The translations under genes were made by a program, and so were the position numbers. The notes beneath the pieces were generated by a model, which saw only the letters and a list, made by a program, of their open reading frames with translations, made no database searches and was not told the DNA's origin. Shown piece after piece: positions 62,915-64,000 of a stretch of 64,000 nt of DNA. Positions within the stretch are counted from its first letter, which is position 1. Every line of letters starts with the position of its first letter. This stretch comes from Chiloscyllium plagiosum (taxonomy: Eukaryota), in contig NC_057750.1 of assembly GCF_004010195.1 (NCBI RefSeq), positions 5,006,352 to 5,070,351 on the forward strand, given 5' to 3'.

Positions 62915-64000
62915 TATGCAGCATTTTGCACAAAGGTATGGGACATGAATGGATTTATTTCATACGTTACAAATACATGAGGTTGTGCTACTGAAATTGC
63001 AGCTGGTCATATTGAACAGAGTCAATTTAATCCTGTCTGTTTGAGGCCTGAATCCTGAAACTGGGCTTGAGTGCCATAGATTCCACGGTTCCTGCTGGTG
63101 TCTCTTTTTATATGATCTGTCAATGTTGCACCTTAGCAAATTGGACCAAGATGATGAAAGAAGATTAAACCAGGACTGGTCACTATAAGGTAGCAGTTGT
63201 ACAACGTTTAATTGGTTCCCTCGAATTGCTGGTGAGCTGCTGTTTATCTGCAGCATGTTTCTGGTCTGGGTTCACACAGTTAATGAATACACCTTCCTCA
63301 GCCAACCCGGCCTGGAGCTTTGGGCTCGGAGAAAGGATCTTGTACAGTAAAGACGCTACTTTCAAATGTACTTAATTGGCAGGCAAATTTGTGAAAGGTG
63401 TTGGACAAAACGTCTGTCTGTGTCTGTCTCTGTGCCCCCGTGTGCCAGCAACCCCCCCCTCCATCTACCCCTCCTGGGATTTCAGGTGAGGGCAAGTTTA
63501 AGTAATAGGAAGGGTTGGGAAGCAGATGTGGCAAGTGGCAAAAGAATGGTGACAGGAGGGGGGAGAAACCTTTCTGTGCAGAGAGTGATTCAGATCTAAA
63601 ATGGTGTGTGTGAGAGAGAGTGTGGTCCAGCTGAGCCTTTCAAAAGGATATTGCATAAATGTCCAAAGGAAGACGCTATGCAGGGCCAAGGGGACAGGAA
63701 CTGGGGGTTGATGGAACTGGCTTTTCCAGCACCGACATGACCAGCCCAATGGCCTCCATTAGCACTGTAGCTATTCCGTGAGTTTATTATGTGTGTTGCC
63801 TTTCATGAGCAACCAGCCACTCGGAACCTGACAGTCTGCACTGGTGCATGAGAAAGAGCAACTGTACCATCACCCAGAAACCAGAGGCTTCCTTGGGTGG
63901 GCGAGAGGAGGCGAGATAATCAGTGAAAATAACCCAAGCCTTTTATTGTGGAGTGGGTGAATTGTTCGCGGTCTGCTGAAGCTGTATTAGATCAGTTAGA

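Noticed and set aside
63240..63290. catgtttctggt (HVSG) as possible SARS2 exon 7
   Set aside because: Flanks do not give RLSHVSGHRSYYL in frame and no suitable splice phase exists; the exon probably lies beyond the window.

Overview
Eukaryotic vertebrate genomic DNA, most likely a shark or other elasmobranch (inferred from HE1/V-SINE-like, SacSINE1-like, CR1 and Penelope-derived repeats), with five N-gaps. Three protein-coding genes can be read. (1) An intronless INSM-family SNAG/zinc-finger gene on the minus strand (12801-13871, 356 aa) that keeps the SNAG motif and zinc fingers 1-2 but has no recognisable fingers 3-5. (2) A complete NAPA (alpha-SNAP) gene on the minus strand, 10 coding exons (46373 to 22503), 888 nt, 295 aa, all introns GT-AG. 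(3) The first six coding exons of SARS2 (mitochondrial seryl-tRNA synthetase) on the plus strand (49334 to 61355), head-to-head with NAPA and continuing past the window. Most of the rest is transposon-derived. Two observations stand out. First, the INSM gene lies beside NAPA/SARS2, the human 19q13-type arm of the paralogon whose other arms carry INSM1 and INSM2, so it is a candidate third INSM ohnolog absent from human; this linkage crosses a 500-N gap. Second, at least four families of short Penelope-type repeats each carry a minimal type-I hammerhead ribozyme motif, several with intact cores and stems. No database search or folding computation could be run; all family names come from manual translation and recalled consensus sequences.
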